64,000 nt of DNA, taken from Octopus sinensis. Lineage: Eukaryota. The notes beneath the pieces were generated by a model, which was not told the origin of the DNA, did no database searches, and saw only the letters and a program-made list of their open reading frames with translations. Location: NCBI RefSeq assembly GCF_006345805.1, contig NC_043000.1:114328001-114392000 (forward strand), in the 5' to 3' direction. Of the stretch, positions 35,691-47,686 are shown piece after piece. The translations under genes and the position numbers were made by a program. Position 1 is the stretch's first letter. Every line of letters begins with the position of its first letter.

Positions 35691-36325
35691 CTTTATTTCC
35701 AAGTTGCTTATCACTCAGACCAACCATTTATATCGTGACTCAGAATCTGTGTCAGTCCATCTTCATAAAAGATTGTTTAAACTTTACAGAAATAAAATAG
35801 CTTTGTTGTATTTGCTAGCTACTGACGTTCGATAATTGATGTATGCATGTGTGTGTGTGCATGTGCAGAGGTTTGTCTGTACGGTTAAGAAGTTTGCTTT
35901 GCAACCAGTTTCCGGTTTTTGGTCCTGAAGCATGGACAAGTGTCTCTATAGCCTTGGGTCGACATAAGTGTGGAATTTGTGAGTGTGGAATTTGGTGGGC
36001 AGAAACTATGCAGGTGTCTGTCATTGTGTGGGAGAGAATGAGAGAGATGGAAAGAGATGGAGAGAAAATGAAAAAGAGAGAGAGAGAATGTGTGTGTGTG
36101 TGTGCATGCACACGCCTTTACATTGACAATGCTTAAATGTTGTTTGTCTTGTAATTATATATATATGTAAAGTGAACTAAATATATATATATATATATAT
36201 ATATTATATTACATTAGAGACAAAACCACCTTATATTATATTACATTAGAGACAAAACCACATTATATTATATTACATTAGAGACAAATATATATATATA
36301 TATATATATATTTGTATGTGTGTAT

Positions 36326-36518
36326 GTTAATCATAAACGAAGAATCTAATTGATCTGAAATAATTGGATGGTTCAGTGTCTCACAGTGACTGTAGTTGCA
36401 TCCTAGTTGGAGAAGAAAGAAAGAAATGCACAAACAGAGACAATGCAGAAAAGAGACTCTCTGGTGCCAGTTCGACAATAAAACTTTCTAGGGACAGTGC
36501 CACAATCTAGTGACAGTG
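36326..36518 (+). repeat. Paralog of 34451-34640 containing only about 1.6 minisatellite units
   Basis: GTTAATCATAAA.GAAGAATCTAATT.ATCTGA...GGTGCCAGTTCGACA.TAAAACTTTCTAG.GACAGTGCCACAATCTAGTGACAG is shared, at an offset of 1875 bp. Confidence 0.9.
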
Positions 36519-37707
36519 AGTGCTTTTTAAATTGACACCCCTTAAAAACTGGTGTTGTTTGCCCTGTAACTTAACTATTTGACAACTAAACCATTTAAGC
36601 TCCTATTCCAGCATCGCCACAATCCAATGACTAAATGACACACACACACACACACACAAAGCAAGCAAGAGATAACATGTTTAGATCCTTGGCTCCTCCT
36701 ATCTTTCTAGGTCTCCTCCATCCCAGTAGGTAACAAATCTTTGACTGGAAATACTAATATTCCCCCAGAAAGTGTTTACATCCCTGCTATGTCAAGTCAC
36801 TTATTTCCAAGTGAAAACAGTTCCAGCCTCCCACATTTAACCTAGATGGCATCTAGTTTCTGGGCTGCTGCTCCTGCTACTACTGCTGTTGCTGTATGTT
36901 TCAGGCAGACTGTTTAGGCTTAGCACTCTTGTAGAAAAGTTGAAACCACTAGACTATTTAAAGCTACACACACCCTCCTTCCCTCCCTCTCTCTCTCTCT
37001 CTCGCCCTCCCCCACGATGTGAAGGGTTTCCTTTTATTTAGGGGAAGAAAAAAAACTAGCAAACAAGCATAGTGTACTTCTATACAATAACGATAGTGAT
37101 GATGAGAAATAATACCCAAATACTATAAATAGAATATGTGAATGCAAAACAATGTAGATAAGGTTTAGAATAAGGGTATTATGCCACTTTCCATGCCAGG
37201 TGTGTATGTACAGGAAAACCCAGCTAGGAAGGATTACCCATTTCTTTTTCTATCATTATGAGAAATAAGCCAGACCCAACAACAGTTTACACACACACAC
37301 ACACACGAAGTTTGCTTCACCACTATGAACTCCCAAGTCCAGAATTTTTTGTGCATTGTAGAAGTATAAACCAGTTTATTACATATAAACTTTAACAAGA
37401 TCTTATATAGACACCCTCACCTGCCCCAAGGGTCTTATGGGTCTCAGTTGGAAACCACTGATTTAGACAAAGAAATTTAGTCGAAAGAAAACATGATTTA
37501 TATATTCACAAACATATTTGACCCACCCAAGTATGGAAAAATGGACATTAAACACTGACGATAGCGGTTATAATATTTATCCTTCAGCACCAGTTTCTTG
37601 TGAAAAAAATTATTCCAACTGTGGCCAGAAACAAAAAATTATCTGTCTTTCGCTGAACTCTACATTTTTTTTTTTTTTCATTTTCTTTCTGTTTATTTCC
37701 TCATATT

Positions 37708-37745
37708 TCTTTCTGCTGAAGAACATAGGCTCGAAACATAAAAGA
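37708..37745 (+). ncRNA. Variant minimal hammerhead-like motif (second family)
   Basis: UCUUU-CUGCUGA-A-GAAC-AUAG-GCUC-GAAA-C-A-UA-AAAGA. Stem I is a perfect 5 bp, stem II pairs 3 of 4, and the core has C at position 6. Confidence 0.5.
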
Positions 37746-37859
37746 CTTTCATTTTTCCTGAGCGTCAAACTAACACACCTGTCTTCGTCTTTTGTTTTTC
37801 TATAAATTTCAACTATACGTGTATATATATATATATATATAAATATATATATCTTTTAA

Positions 37860-38225
37860 ATTTTACTTGCTTCAGTCATTGGACTGCAACCATGCTGGGG
37901 CACTGTCTTGGAGAATTTTTAGTCAAATGTATTGACCCCAGTACTTATTCTATTGGTCTCTTTTGCCAAACTGCTAAGTTACAGGGATGTAAGTACGCCA
38001 GCACTGGTTGTCAAGTAGTTGTGGGGGGACAAACAGACACACACACACACATACATATAAATATATATGATGGGCTTCTTTAAGCTTCCATCTACCAAAT
38101 CAACTCACAAAGCTTTGGTCGTCTCAATGCTATAGTAGAAGACGCTAGCCCAAGGTGTCACACAGAAGGACTGAACCCTGAACCATGTAGTTGAGAAGCA
38201 AGCTTCTTACCACATAGCCACATGT
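37860..38225 (-). mobile_element. Full-length diverged CORE-SINE
   Basis: TTTTACTTGCTTCAGTCATTGGACTG...CTACCAAATC.ACTCACAAAGCTTTGG...CTTACCACATAGCC. Confidence 0.82.
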
Positions 38226-38604
38226 ATGTGTGTATATTTGACTGAATTCATAAGTATCATACTAAAAGCATTTTGATTTCTCTTAAAGCATCTTCCAACA
38301 AACAAAGACAAAGTAAAGAAAAATAAACAAAGGCTGAGAAACTTAGCAACAGAGTGACCAAGTGAGAATTGTAAATGTACAGACATGTGGATAAGATGCA
38401 ACTGGGGAGTATATTAAGGACCTAACAAACACACAATGAAATACTTGCAGCAATTTAGAAGCAACAACTCACGAGTTGGTAGTGAGTCCCTTATTCTATC
38501 CCCTTAGCAATTTCAGGCTCATAATGATGGCAAACATTTGATAAATAAATATGGTAAATACAGGAAAGATGAAAGATTACATAAACATACTTATGTGTAT
38601 ATAT

Positions 38605-38650
<46 letters not shown>

Positions 38651-38958
38651 TATATACATACAGACACATATATATATTCATTCTTTGTTATACAATGAAA
38701 TTTCCTTTGTACTTCCTACATAGCAAATATCAAAAGTTCTGGTTACCTCAATACAATTGTTGTTGAAAGCCTATTGTTTTAGTAGTAGTAGTAGTAGTAG
38801 TAGTAGTTTGTAACACAATACAATGACAACTTCAACAGAGGCACCCCCACCCACAAGGGGGGGAACTATCATTGTTATTTATCAGTCTTTTGCTCTGACA
38901 TCCAAAAGATCCACCACCCCCACTACAACCATACTGTAATACAGTGATGACCTTTTGG

Positions 38959-39001
<43 letters not shown>

Positions 39002-39243
39002 GATCAGAAATGGAAATATTAAAGCATAGTTCAAAGTTAAAGAGACAGCCTTGCAGAAAGGAGACACCAAAACCACATGACAGCATGAGTTAGATAAGCC
39101 TTCCCCAACACAGCATCTCATTACTTGTGTTAATCCTTCAACATCTCCCTCATGAGGTCCAGCATCCACAGATCCTCTTTCACCAGCCTCCTGCTTGACA
39201 CCTCATCCCTTAACTGTCAGCCTTCATTTGCATTATACTTGTA

Positions 39244-39809
39244 TTGGGTTGTCCGGAAAGTTCGTGCCGACTTTTCAAGGAAAGAAAAAGGTCAATAAAT
39301 ATTTGCCATTACATTTTTAATCAACCAAATATGAACCATTTTGTTGCACAATGTGTCTCCATCTTTCCTTTAACTTGAAAATACCCTCTTCCCAGAATTG
39401 AGGTGGTTTCATGACAAAGAATTCATCAAGGTATCTTTTTATGTCATCCAATGAATTGAAATTTTTACCATTAAGATTATTCTGCAGAGACCTGAATAAG
39501 TGGAAATCCGATGGAGCAATATATGGTGAATATGGAGGGTGGAGTAACACATCCCAGGCGAACTGTAGCAATTTTTGTCTGGTTCCCAAAGCATCAAGTG
39601 CCAAAAATGAACTTTCTTATCTTCCATTTTAAAGGGTTGCAGAATTAACATAGGTTATAGGAACATATGCCTTCTTCCACGAAAAGATAGCTTATACTGT
39701 GCTCTAAATGGAGGTGTAGTCAAATCCTATTTTATGGACTCAACCATGCTCTAAAATAAGTCAAAATGTAAGCTACTATAAATCGGCACAAACTTTCCGG
39801 ACAACCCAA
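39244..39809 (-). mobile_element. Internally deleted mariner (Tc1/mariner, D,D34D type), 566 bp, both TIRs and TA duplication intact
   Basis: 27-bp TIRs TTGGGTTGTCCGGAAAGTT(C/T)GTGCCGA with one mismatch, and TA at 39242-39243 and 39810-39811. The start MEDKKVHFWHLMLW is fused to the C-terminus TRQKLLQFAWDVLLHPPYSPYIAPSDFHLFRSLQN...NGSYLVD*. Confidence 0.93.
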
Positions 39810-40319
39810 TACTAATGTAGAATTACTTGAGACAAAATAAATTAGCAGAGTGACATTAGCACAAACACAGACCTTCAGGTACAAGGCCAATTTGTGCATG
39901 GAAGGAGACGCTGTTGAAGTAATTGACATCAGTATGTCATGGTATGGATACATTGTGAATTCCAGAGGGGAATATTGCAATGTCAGCTTCCAACAGAAAT
40001 TGAACTCAGAACCATGAGAGACAAAGATAACTGCATTTAACCTATCATCTATATCAAGTCTTTTACTGCAGATGCAAACATAGAGAGAGCGAGAGGAAGA
40101 CAGACAGACACGCAAATATATATTATATTAGAGAGAGAGAAGATAGGCACAGATGGAGAGACACATGTAGAGTTTGAAAAGATAAGCACACGAATATAGG
40201 GAGGAAGAAACAGACATGGTGGAATCACGTAGTTTCTTTTGTATTAATGGAAGATACATCGTATTTACCAAGTTTATACTTTTATAATTGAAAAAGCTAG
40301 ACAAACAAAATTATTTACA

Positions 40320-40670
40320 AATGAAGTGGATGGGAAGAGGGAAGAGGGGGGTGGGGAGACAAACACAGGGAAGAGGGGAGGTGAGAGTAGAGAGGTGGAC
40401 AGAGAGAGTGCAGCAGGAGAGCAAAAGCAGAGAGAAGAGGTGGGCATAGATGTGGGGAGGCCAAATCAAGTGTACAAGTGGATGAGCTGAGGGCAGATGG
40501 GGAGGCAACGCAAGTGCAGAGAGAGTGAAGATAGCACAAGGGGGGGCGCAAGGAGAGTGCAGGAGGAGCGAGGAGAGCACGGGGGAGCGACGGGGGTGCA
40601 GGGGGGGGGGGGCGAGGAGAGCACAGGGGGAGCAAGGAGAGGAAAGAGAGTGCAAAGGGGGAAACTGAGT
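40320..40670. repeat. Purine/G-rich low-complexity tract
   Basis: GGA/GAG/GGG-rich. The proline/leucine ORFs on the minus strand are compositional. Confidence 0.75.
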
Positions 40671-40838
40671 ATAGAGGGAGTCATGTTTGTATGGTATGTA
40701 GAACATAATATATGTAGGTTCAATGGGTGAGCATGATCCGTCATGCATCTAAATTGTATGATAAAATGTCATACAATGCAGATTCAATAGTCTTTTTACA
40801 GGTTTTCAAAGTCAAGAGTGCAGAGTGTGTGTGTATAT

Positions 40839-40880
<42 letters not shown>

Positions 40881-40967
40881 CAAGACCAATATACATGCAT
40901 ATTATCATTATATATATATATAATATATATATATATATGTTCAAGACCAATATACATGCATATTATC

Positions 40968-41004
<37 letters not shown>

Positions 41005-41160
41005 ATCTTGAAATATAGATAGATAGCTATAGACAGATAAGATATTGATAGAGAGATATATTACAGAGAGACAGAGAGATAAAGATAGAGAGATATGTTA
41101 TGTTACTGATGCTAGAAAACCCCGGAAGAAAATATTTTTAAAAACTTTCAAGGATGTGAA

Positions 41161-41549
41161 TCTCTCTATATATAAACGGCAGTTTGTCTGTGTGTGTTTC
41201 TGTGTGTCTGTCAGGTTGTACCCTCACCCTGACCATGGCTTTCAGCCTATTCTGATGAAACTTGACACACACATAGCCCAATGTCATAATTCAAAACTAA
41301 CGCAGCGAAAATTTTGAAAAGTTCCCCCAGTTCTGAAAAAGAACTGGGGGAACTTTTCAAAATGGGGTCGAGAATCAGAAACACAAACCACAGACTGTCT
41401 AGGGGGTGCAACTCGACCTTTTTAACTCTCAAAAAAATTTACCATCATTTTTTTTTCCATTTTTTTGCTATTTTTTGGCTATAACTCTCTAAAAATGCTT
41501 TATAGTTATTTCCCTTACAAACCCAAGCAACGCCGGGCGATACTGCTAG
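41161..41549 (+). mobile_element. Non-autonomous Helitron, 389 bp
   Basis: Sits between A (41160) and T (41550) without a TSD. 5' TCTCTCTATATATAAA; 3' hairpin CCC(A)AGCAACGCCGGG followed by CTAG (41546-41549). Confidence 0.82.
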
Positions 41550-42604
41550 TGTAATATAAAAAGCAATATTATTTGTTCAAGGTCAAATTATTCATGCATC
41601 ACAGGTATGGAAGCATTTGCTGAAGCCCTTTGCACATGAAAAGCAAATACACACACACACACATCTCTATTTTATATATTAGATATATATACATACACAC
41701 ATCCTACAATAAGTGAGATGTCAACTACACTGACATTTATTCAAATTCATTGACCCAAATCTATACAAATATCACATACACACACACTATGTATATAATG
41801 TCATATGTACAAACACACACACACACACTCACAGAGCATATATTCAAATCTTTTTCTCTCTCCCCTTATGTAATGTGTACATACACAAATTATCACACAC
41901 ACACAAGTCAAAGAGGTAGTTAAACATATTTAGAGAAAGGGGAAAAAAGAAGAAAATACAGCACGTGATGGAAGGGGTGGAAGGTGACAAAAGGGCCACA
42001 ATTCTTCATAAATTGACACCAATGATAATTTTACAAACAACTGAAACAAATAAAAGAATAAAAAGGTGAAAAGTGGATAGATTTCAAAGGACAAATGGAG
42101 AGGGATTCTTCCAAACCTCACCCCACCTCATTTGGGTAGGGACATGACAGAAATGTTGACAAAATAAATATTATCATTTAGTAGTGAATAGGAAGAGATG
42201 GAGAAGATGGGAAATAATGTAAAGATGGATTTGGTGTTTATCTCTAATTGTTGCTGTGTAGCAGTAGGTCAACTCTGATGCAACAAGTACGGCATCAGTC
42301 TCATAATCTCTCTCTCTCTCTCTCTCTGGTTAGTTCTGGTTGTGGCATCAAATGATTTAAGACAGAAATCTTTATCAAGACCAACTGACTAAGACCCACC
42401 AACCATCACACTCCCAAATCCACCATTTCTTCTCTCTGTCTCTTATACTGCTGCTATAAAAGACCTCCTCCGTCTGTACCACCTCTAACCAGATCCATCC
42501 AAAACACCAGTCGCTCTTTCATTAGTCATCTCTACACTGGTCTCTGAAAATGTACAAACCACTGAATGAAATACTTTATCCAATCCTTCAAGATCATTAA
42601 CATA

Positions 42605-43014
42605 CCAGGCAAAATACTTTGCGGCATTTCGTGTGTCCTTACATTCAGAGTTCAAATTCTGCCAAGGTTGATTTTACCTTTCATCCTTTCAGGGTCAATA
42701 TATTAAGTACTAGTGAAACTCTGGGGTTATATTTATCGACTAGTCCCCTCCCCCAAAATTTCAGGCCTTGGACCTTCAGCAGAAAGGTTTAATATTATTA
42801 TTAAGGCAGCAAGATGGCAAAATCATGAGCACGCCAGGCAAAATGCTTAACAGCATTTCATCCGTCTTTATGTTTTGAGTTCAAATGCTGCTGCAGTCGA
42901 CTTTGCCTTTCATCACTTCTGGAACCAATAGAATAAATACCAGCTAATCACTGAGGTTGATGTAATTGACTTAGCATCTCCCCGCAAACTGCTGGCCTTG
43001 TGCCAAAATTTGAA

Positions 43015-43049
<35 letters not shown>

Positions 43050-43200
43050 AGGCGGCGAGCTGGCAGAGCTGTTAGCACACTGGATGAAATGTCTTTCATC
43101 CTTTTGGGGTCGATAAAATAAGTACCAGTTGAACACTGGGGTTGATGTAATCGACTCATCCACACCTCCCCAAGCTTTCCTTGTGGCAAAAACTTGAAAT
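42605..43200 (+). mobile_element. Head-to-tail array of three Meta-domain SINE units joined by (ATT)n
   Basis: Units at about 42605-42800, 42803-43015 and 43030-43200, each preceded by ATT runs. Confidence 0.8.
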
Positions 43201-43471
43201 AATTACTATTATCATTATTATAACCTAGTATCATCAAAAACACAAAAGAAAACAAAAAAAAAATTGGTAAATTTGACTATGCAGTCTCAGTTATACAAAA
43301 TAGATGGGACTGATATGGTTGGAATGCCTTCAGTCATGGGCCTGTCAATCAGGTGATCAGGGCTAAATAATAACAAAGGCAATAATTAAAAAGAATTCTA
43401 TGCTAAAGAAACGTAGATGAAATATAGTGAAATATTTGCCATGTTTAAAAATAGACATTAGAAGGACACAA

Positions 43472-43502
<31 letters not shown>

Positions 43503-43789
43503 CGTGCTTGCATTTCCTCAATATACATATACACACTTGTTAATTTGGGAATGACAGGAAACAATGTTCTCTACTTCATCGCCACCACATCACAAGCAGA
43601 CAGGCACACACATACACACACCCACATACTCTTGCTAAAAAATGCAGTAAAGTCTTTATCTTGCATCTGAGACAGCAAAAAGTTAAAAATACATTTATTT
43701 TTAAAGAAACGCTGGTGAGAAAATATGTACAGAAATATCTTTCGTTCCTTCAAGTCCTGAATAATTATTTCAATAATCGTAGTCGTTGC

Positions 43790-43960
43790 CACATAAAATG
43801 CACCCACTACACTCTTGGAGTGGTTGGCATTAGGAAGGGCAGTGTAGAAACACTGCCAGATCAGATTGGAGCCTGGTGCAGCCTCCTGGCTTGCCAGTCC
43901 TTGGTCAAAAATCAACCAACCCATGCCAGCATGGAAAGCAGACGTTAAACGATGATGATC
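43790..43960 (+). mobile_element. (GAT)n-tailed SINE-like family
   Basis: GCACCCACTACACTCTTGGAGTGGTTGGCATTAGGAAGGGCA...CCCATGCCAGCATGGAAAGCAGACGTTAAACGATGATGAT. Confidence 0.8.
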
Positions 43961-43964
43961 ATGA

Positions 43965-44780
43965 GATTTATGTTCTCAATTCAAAAGTCCACAAAGGTCC
44001 ACTTTGCCCTTTATCCTTTCAAGGTCAATAAAATAAGCACCAGTCAAGAAGTGGGGGGGTCAATGTAATTGACTAGTGCCCTCTTCAAAATTTTAGGCTT
44101 TGTTCCTAGAGTAGAAAGGATTGTCTTGTTAGGAGAGTTGGACCTGTTGGCACAAGGTCAGGAATTTGAATTTCCAGAAGTGATGAAAGGCAAAGTCGAC
44201 CTCAGCAGCATTTGAACTCAAAACATAAAGACGGATGAAATGCTGTTAAGCATTTTGCCAGGCGTGCTCATAATTTTGCCATCTTGCTGCCTTAATAATA
44301 ATATTAAGCCTTTCTGCTGAAGGTCCAAGGCCTGAAATTTTGGGGGAGGGGACTAGTCGATAAATATAGGGTGAGTCAAGTACATCAACTCCAGTGCTCA
44401 GCTAATAACTTATTTTATGGAACCTGCAAGAATGAAACGCAATGTCAACTTCAGCAGAATTTGAACTTAGAATGTAGGGGTGGATGAAATGCTGCTAAGC
44501 ATTTTGTCCACTGTGCCAACAATTGTGCCAACAAAGCACAGACTGCTTTGACAATAATAATAATTCTTTCTACTATAGGCACAAGGCCTGAAATTTTGGG
44601 GGAGGGGACCAGTCAATTACATTGACCCTAGTGTTTCACTGGTACTCAATTTATTGACCCTGAAAGGATGAAAGGCAGAGCCAACCTTGACAGAATTTGA
44701 ACTCAGAGCGTAGCGGCAGACAAAATACTGCTAAGCATTTAACCTGGTGTGTTAATGGTTCTGCCAACTCACCACCTTAA
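43965..44780. mobile_element. Cluster of Meta-domain SINEs: one plus-strand fragment (about 43965-44120) then three minus-strand units in tandem (about 44170-44780)
   Basis: Repeated GGCAAAGTCGACCTC.GC.G.ATTTGAACTC core with TAATAATA junctions. Confidence 0.78.
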
Positions 44781-44789
44781 TAATAACCT

Positions 44790-45465
44790 TAGGAATGAAC
44801 AAGAGTCTCCTCTGTGCTGCATCTACAATAGAGTAGATGAAACCATTGCCCATATCACAAACGAATACCCTAGACTTGACCAAAACCACTACAAGTTGTG
44901 ACTACACAACCAGGTAGCGAAAGTGCTACTTTGGAAACTGTGGGAAAAGTGGGAGCTAGAGAGAGGCAAGACGTGGTATGAGCACAAACCGCAGAGAGTG
45001 GCGGAGCCAGAGATTAGCAAAATCCACTGGGATTTACCAATCCAAACAGATCAGGTACTAGAACATAACAGACCGGACCTGGTAAAGAAGGTGCACCACA
45101 TATGCTATATAGTTGATGTCGCATGCCCCTTTGACCCACAAATAGTCAAGAAGGAAGGTGTAAAAATAGATAGATACAACCTTTTTAAGTACAAAATAGC
45201 TTGGCTATGGAAAATGAAGATGGTGAAGATAGAGTCAATTACTGTTGGGAACAGTATCAGAAGGCATCAAGTGGAATATAAAGGAAATTGGAATAGGGTA
45301 CCCAGTGGAACTGTTACAAAAGGTTTGCCTCTTTGGCATGGCCAGAATAATCAGGAAAGTATTAGCTGAAAAGAACGAATAGCATGTTACCACAGGCTGC
45401 AGGTAGTAAGCCTGTTACACATGCAAGACCCCAGGAGCTCCAACAAAACCTGTGATAAAAAGAAA
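44790..45465 (+). mobile_element. Decayed 3' end of an R4/Dong-clade LINE (zinc-knuckle plus restriction-like endonuclease, 3' UTR, TAA tail)
   Basis: SPLCCIYNRVDETIAHI...HNQVAKVLLWKL..KW.LE....WYEHKP......KIHWD..IQTD....HNRPDL.......IVDVACPFD....KEG.KIDRY is the typical R4/Dong RLE. It ends in AATAATAATGATGAT. Confidence 0.88.
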
Positions 45466-46302
45466 ATAATAATGATGATGGTGATGATTTATTTTATTGG
45501 CCACACGGGCCCAAGACACTGAGAAAAACATAAAGGATGGAATGCAACCCACTCACCCACCTTGCCAAAAAAAAAATAAATAAAATACATGTTGTGAAAC
45601 TTAAAGCTTTTCAGACTATGAAGAGAAAGACTTCTTAGAATTGGAAATAGGAACTATATCTTAGATTTAGTATATTAGGAACTACTTGAATTCTGATGCT
45701 TGAATACCAGTTCTAAGATAAATGAATCAACGTACAAATGAATGAATGGATGGTGAGTAGTGATGTCCCAGGTCAGCCTTGATTAAGTAAGCCGATGCAT
45801 TCCTTGTCCAGGTACCCAGGAAAATGTTATTTTCTAAGACAACAGTGTGTAATTTGAGATTTTGCTGTTATTTCTATTAATTTGAGTAAGTAGACAGTGG
45901 TATGACATTAGAGAAATAAGAGTAGGTTAAAGTGAAATTGCCGAAACTTCAGCACAAAAAATTAAACTGAGAAAAGACAGTTAGGGTGAGGCCACACCCT
46001 CCACCTAACAAAAAGTAGGTTGAGATTTTAAGGAGCGTCAGTGGCTGAGAGTCTCAATGTTGCAACATTCTCACAGATTCTACCAAGAGCCATAGTGCGA
46101 TAGAGGTTCATTCAAGGAAAAACTGGATCTGTGAAACCAGGTTTCGCTTCCAATTAGAAAACATTCCTTTTTCTGTCATTAAAGCTTCTAAGTAACCCCA
46201 AGACAAAACCCATCAGAAAAGGAATGTTTATCACCACTTCACATAACTTTTGTAACTAGAAACTTCAAATCTCTGGAGAAAAAGTCACTGTCACACACAT
46301 TT

Positions 46303-46725
46303 CATCATCATTTAACGTCCGCTTTCCATGCTAGCATGGGTTGGACGATTTTGACTGAGGGCTGGCAAACCAGATGGCTGCACCAGGCTCCAATCTTGAT
46401 CTGGCAGAGTTTCTACAGCTTGATGCCCTTCCTAATGCCAACCACTCCGAGAGTGTAGTGGGTGCCTTTTACATGCCACTGGCACGGGGGCCAGTCAGGC
46501 GGTACTGGCAATGACCTCGCTGAATCTTTTTACACATGCCACCGGCACAGGTGCCAGTAAGGCGACACTGGTAACAATCATGCTTGAATGGTGCCTTTTA
46601 TGTGCCACCGGCATGGAAGCCAGTCAGCCGCTCTGGCAACGATCACACTTGGACAGTGCTCTTAGCACCCAACTAGCACGGGGCACAAGTGCCAGTAAGG
46701 CGACGCTGGTAACAATCACACTCTT
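46303..46725 (-). mobile_element. (GAT)n-tailed SINE-like family, long copy with tandem subrepeats
   Basis: Near-collinear with 23685-24043 and carries additional subrepeats. Confidence 0.85.
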
Positions 46726-46789
46726 TTGTACTATTTAAATTGAAATAAGTCAAGCACCAAAATCAGACAGTCGTGTTTCAAATGGAATA

Positions 46790-47686
46790 CGATGTGCATT
46801 CAAAAAGTATCAGACTTTATTTTTTCCTGCCAAAACTTATGCCACGGGGGCAAAATCCTTTGGGTGGAAGGAGATGCCTTCCTTCCTGTGCATGCATGAA
46901 AAGTTTTGCACTGGTAGGCCATGTCAGTTCTCAGTTGTTACGCCTACAGTACACTCATGTAGTGTGTGCTCGTTGGATTTTCGTTTTCAACCAAACACAT
47001 CAAGCAGAAATACTGCATCAAGTTTTACCAAGCGATACTCAAGCTCAGATTGTCCAAAAGATTCAACAGAAGATTCAAAGAATTTCTGCATGAGGAGAGT
47101 ATTGGCAAAATTCCTCTCCAACGTGCTGGCAGAGCAACAGAAATAACTGCATAGAAATCAGGGCTGAGGAGTCAAAACAAAAAACTTCAACTCTGACTCC
47201 TCTTTATGTAATTAACTGATTTTGGTCAGCATATCTCATAAAGCATATGCATATGCTTGTACTTTGAGTCAGCCTATATGTTATAACTGTGGTTTATATT
47301 CAAAAATAAAGATATTGTGAGTCGGAATAGTTTTACCGACTCTGACTACCCCTTAATTCTTTCTGACTCTGACTCTCCGACTCCATAGCCCTGATAGAAA
47401 TCACTCATAACAAACTGGATTGTGTAAACTATGGCCCAGATTTCATGAAGACCATCATCACTGGTGATGAGACACAGGTTTATGGTCTCTGCTCAGCGTG
47501 TTTGGTCATCTTGTATGAAAATGAAAATCCAACGAGCACACACAAGTGCAACAGCTGGGAACTGGTGCAAAAGTTTTCATGCATGCATAAGGAGAGTAGA
47601 GTCACCTTCCACCCAAAGGATTTTGCCTGCATAGCATTAGCTTTGGCAGGAAAATATAAAGTTGGATAGTTTTTGCACACACCTCA
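46790..47686 (+). mobile_element. Rearranged mariner: left end, N-terminal transposase to the GDET motif, then an inverted copy of the left end
   Basis: TA at 46788-46789 and 47687-47688. Arms 46790-47008 and 47486-47686 are inverted homologs. Transposase remnants are QKYCIKF, DTQAQIVQKIQQ, LAEQQK and IEITHNKLDCVNYGPDFMKTIITGDETQVYG. Confidence 0.82.
47159..47393. mobile_element. hAT-type MITE (CAGGGCT..GGAGTC termini), 235 bp, nested in the mariner
   Basis: Termini CAGGGCTGAGGAGTC and GACTCCATAGCCCTG, subterminal GACTCT/GACTCC repeats, perfect TSD ATAGAAAT at 47151-47158 and 47394-47401. Confidence 0.9.

Noticed and set aside
44790-45465. R4/Dong as the partner LINE of the (ATT)-tailed Meta-SINE
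   Set aside because: The Dong sense tail is (AAT)n while the SINE sense tail is (ATT)n, and no shared 3' sequence is visible.
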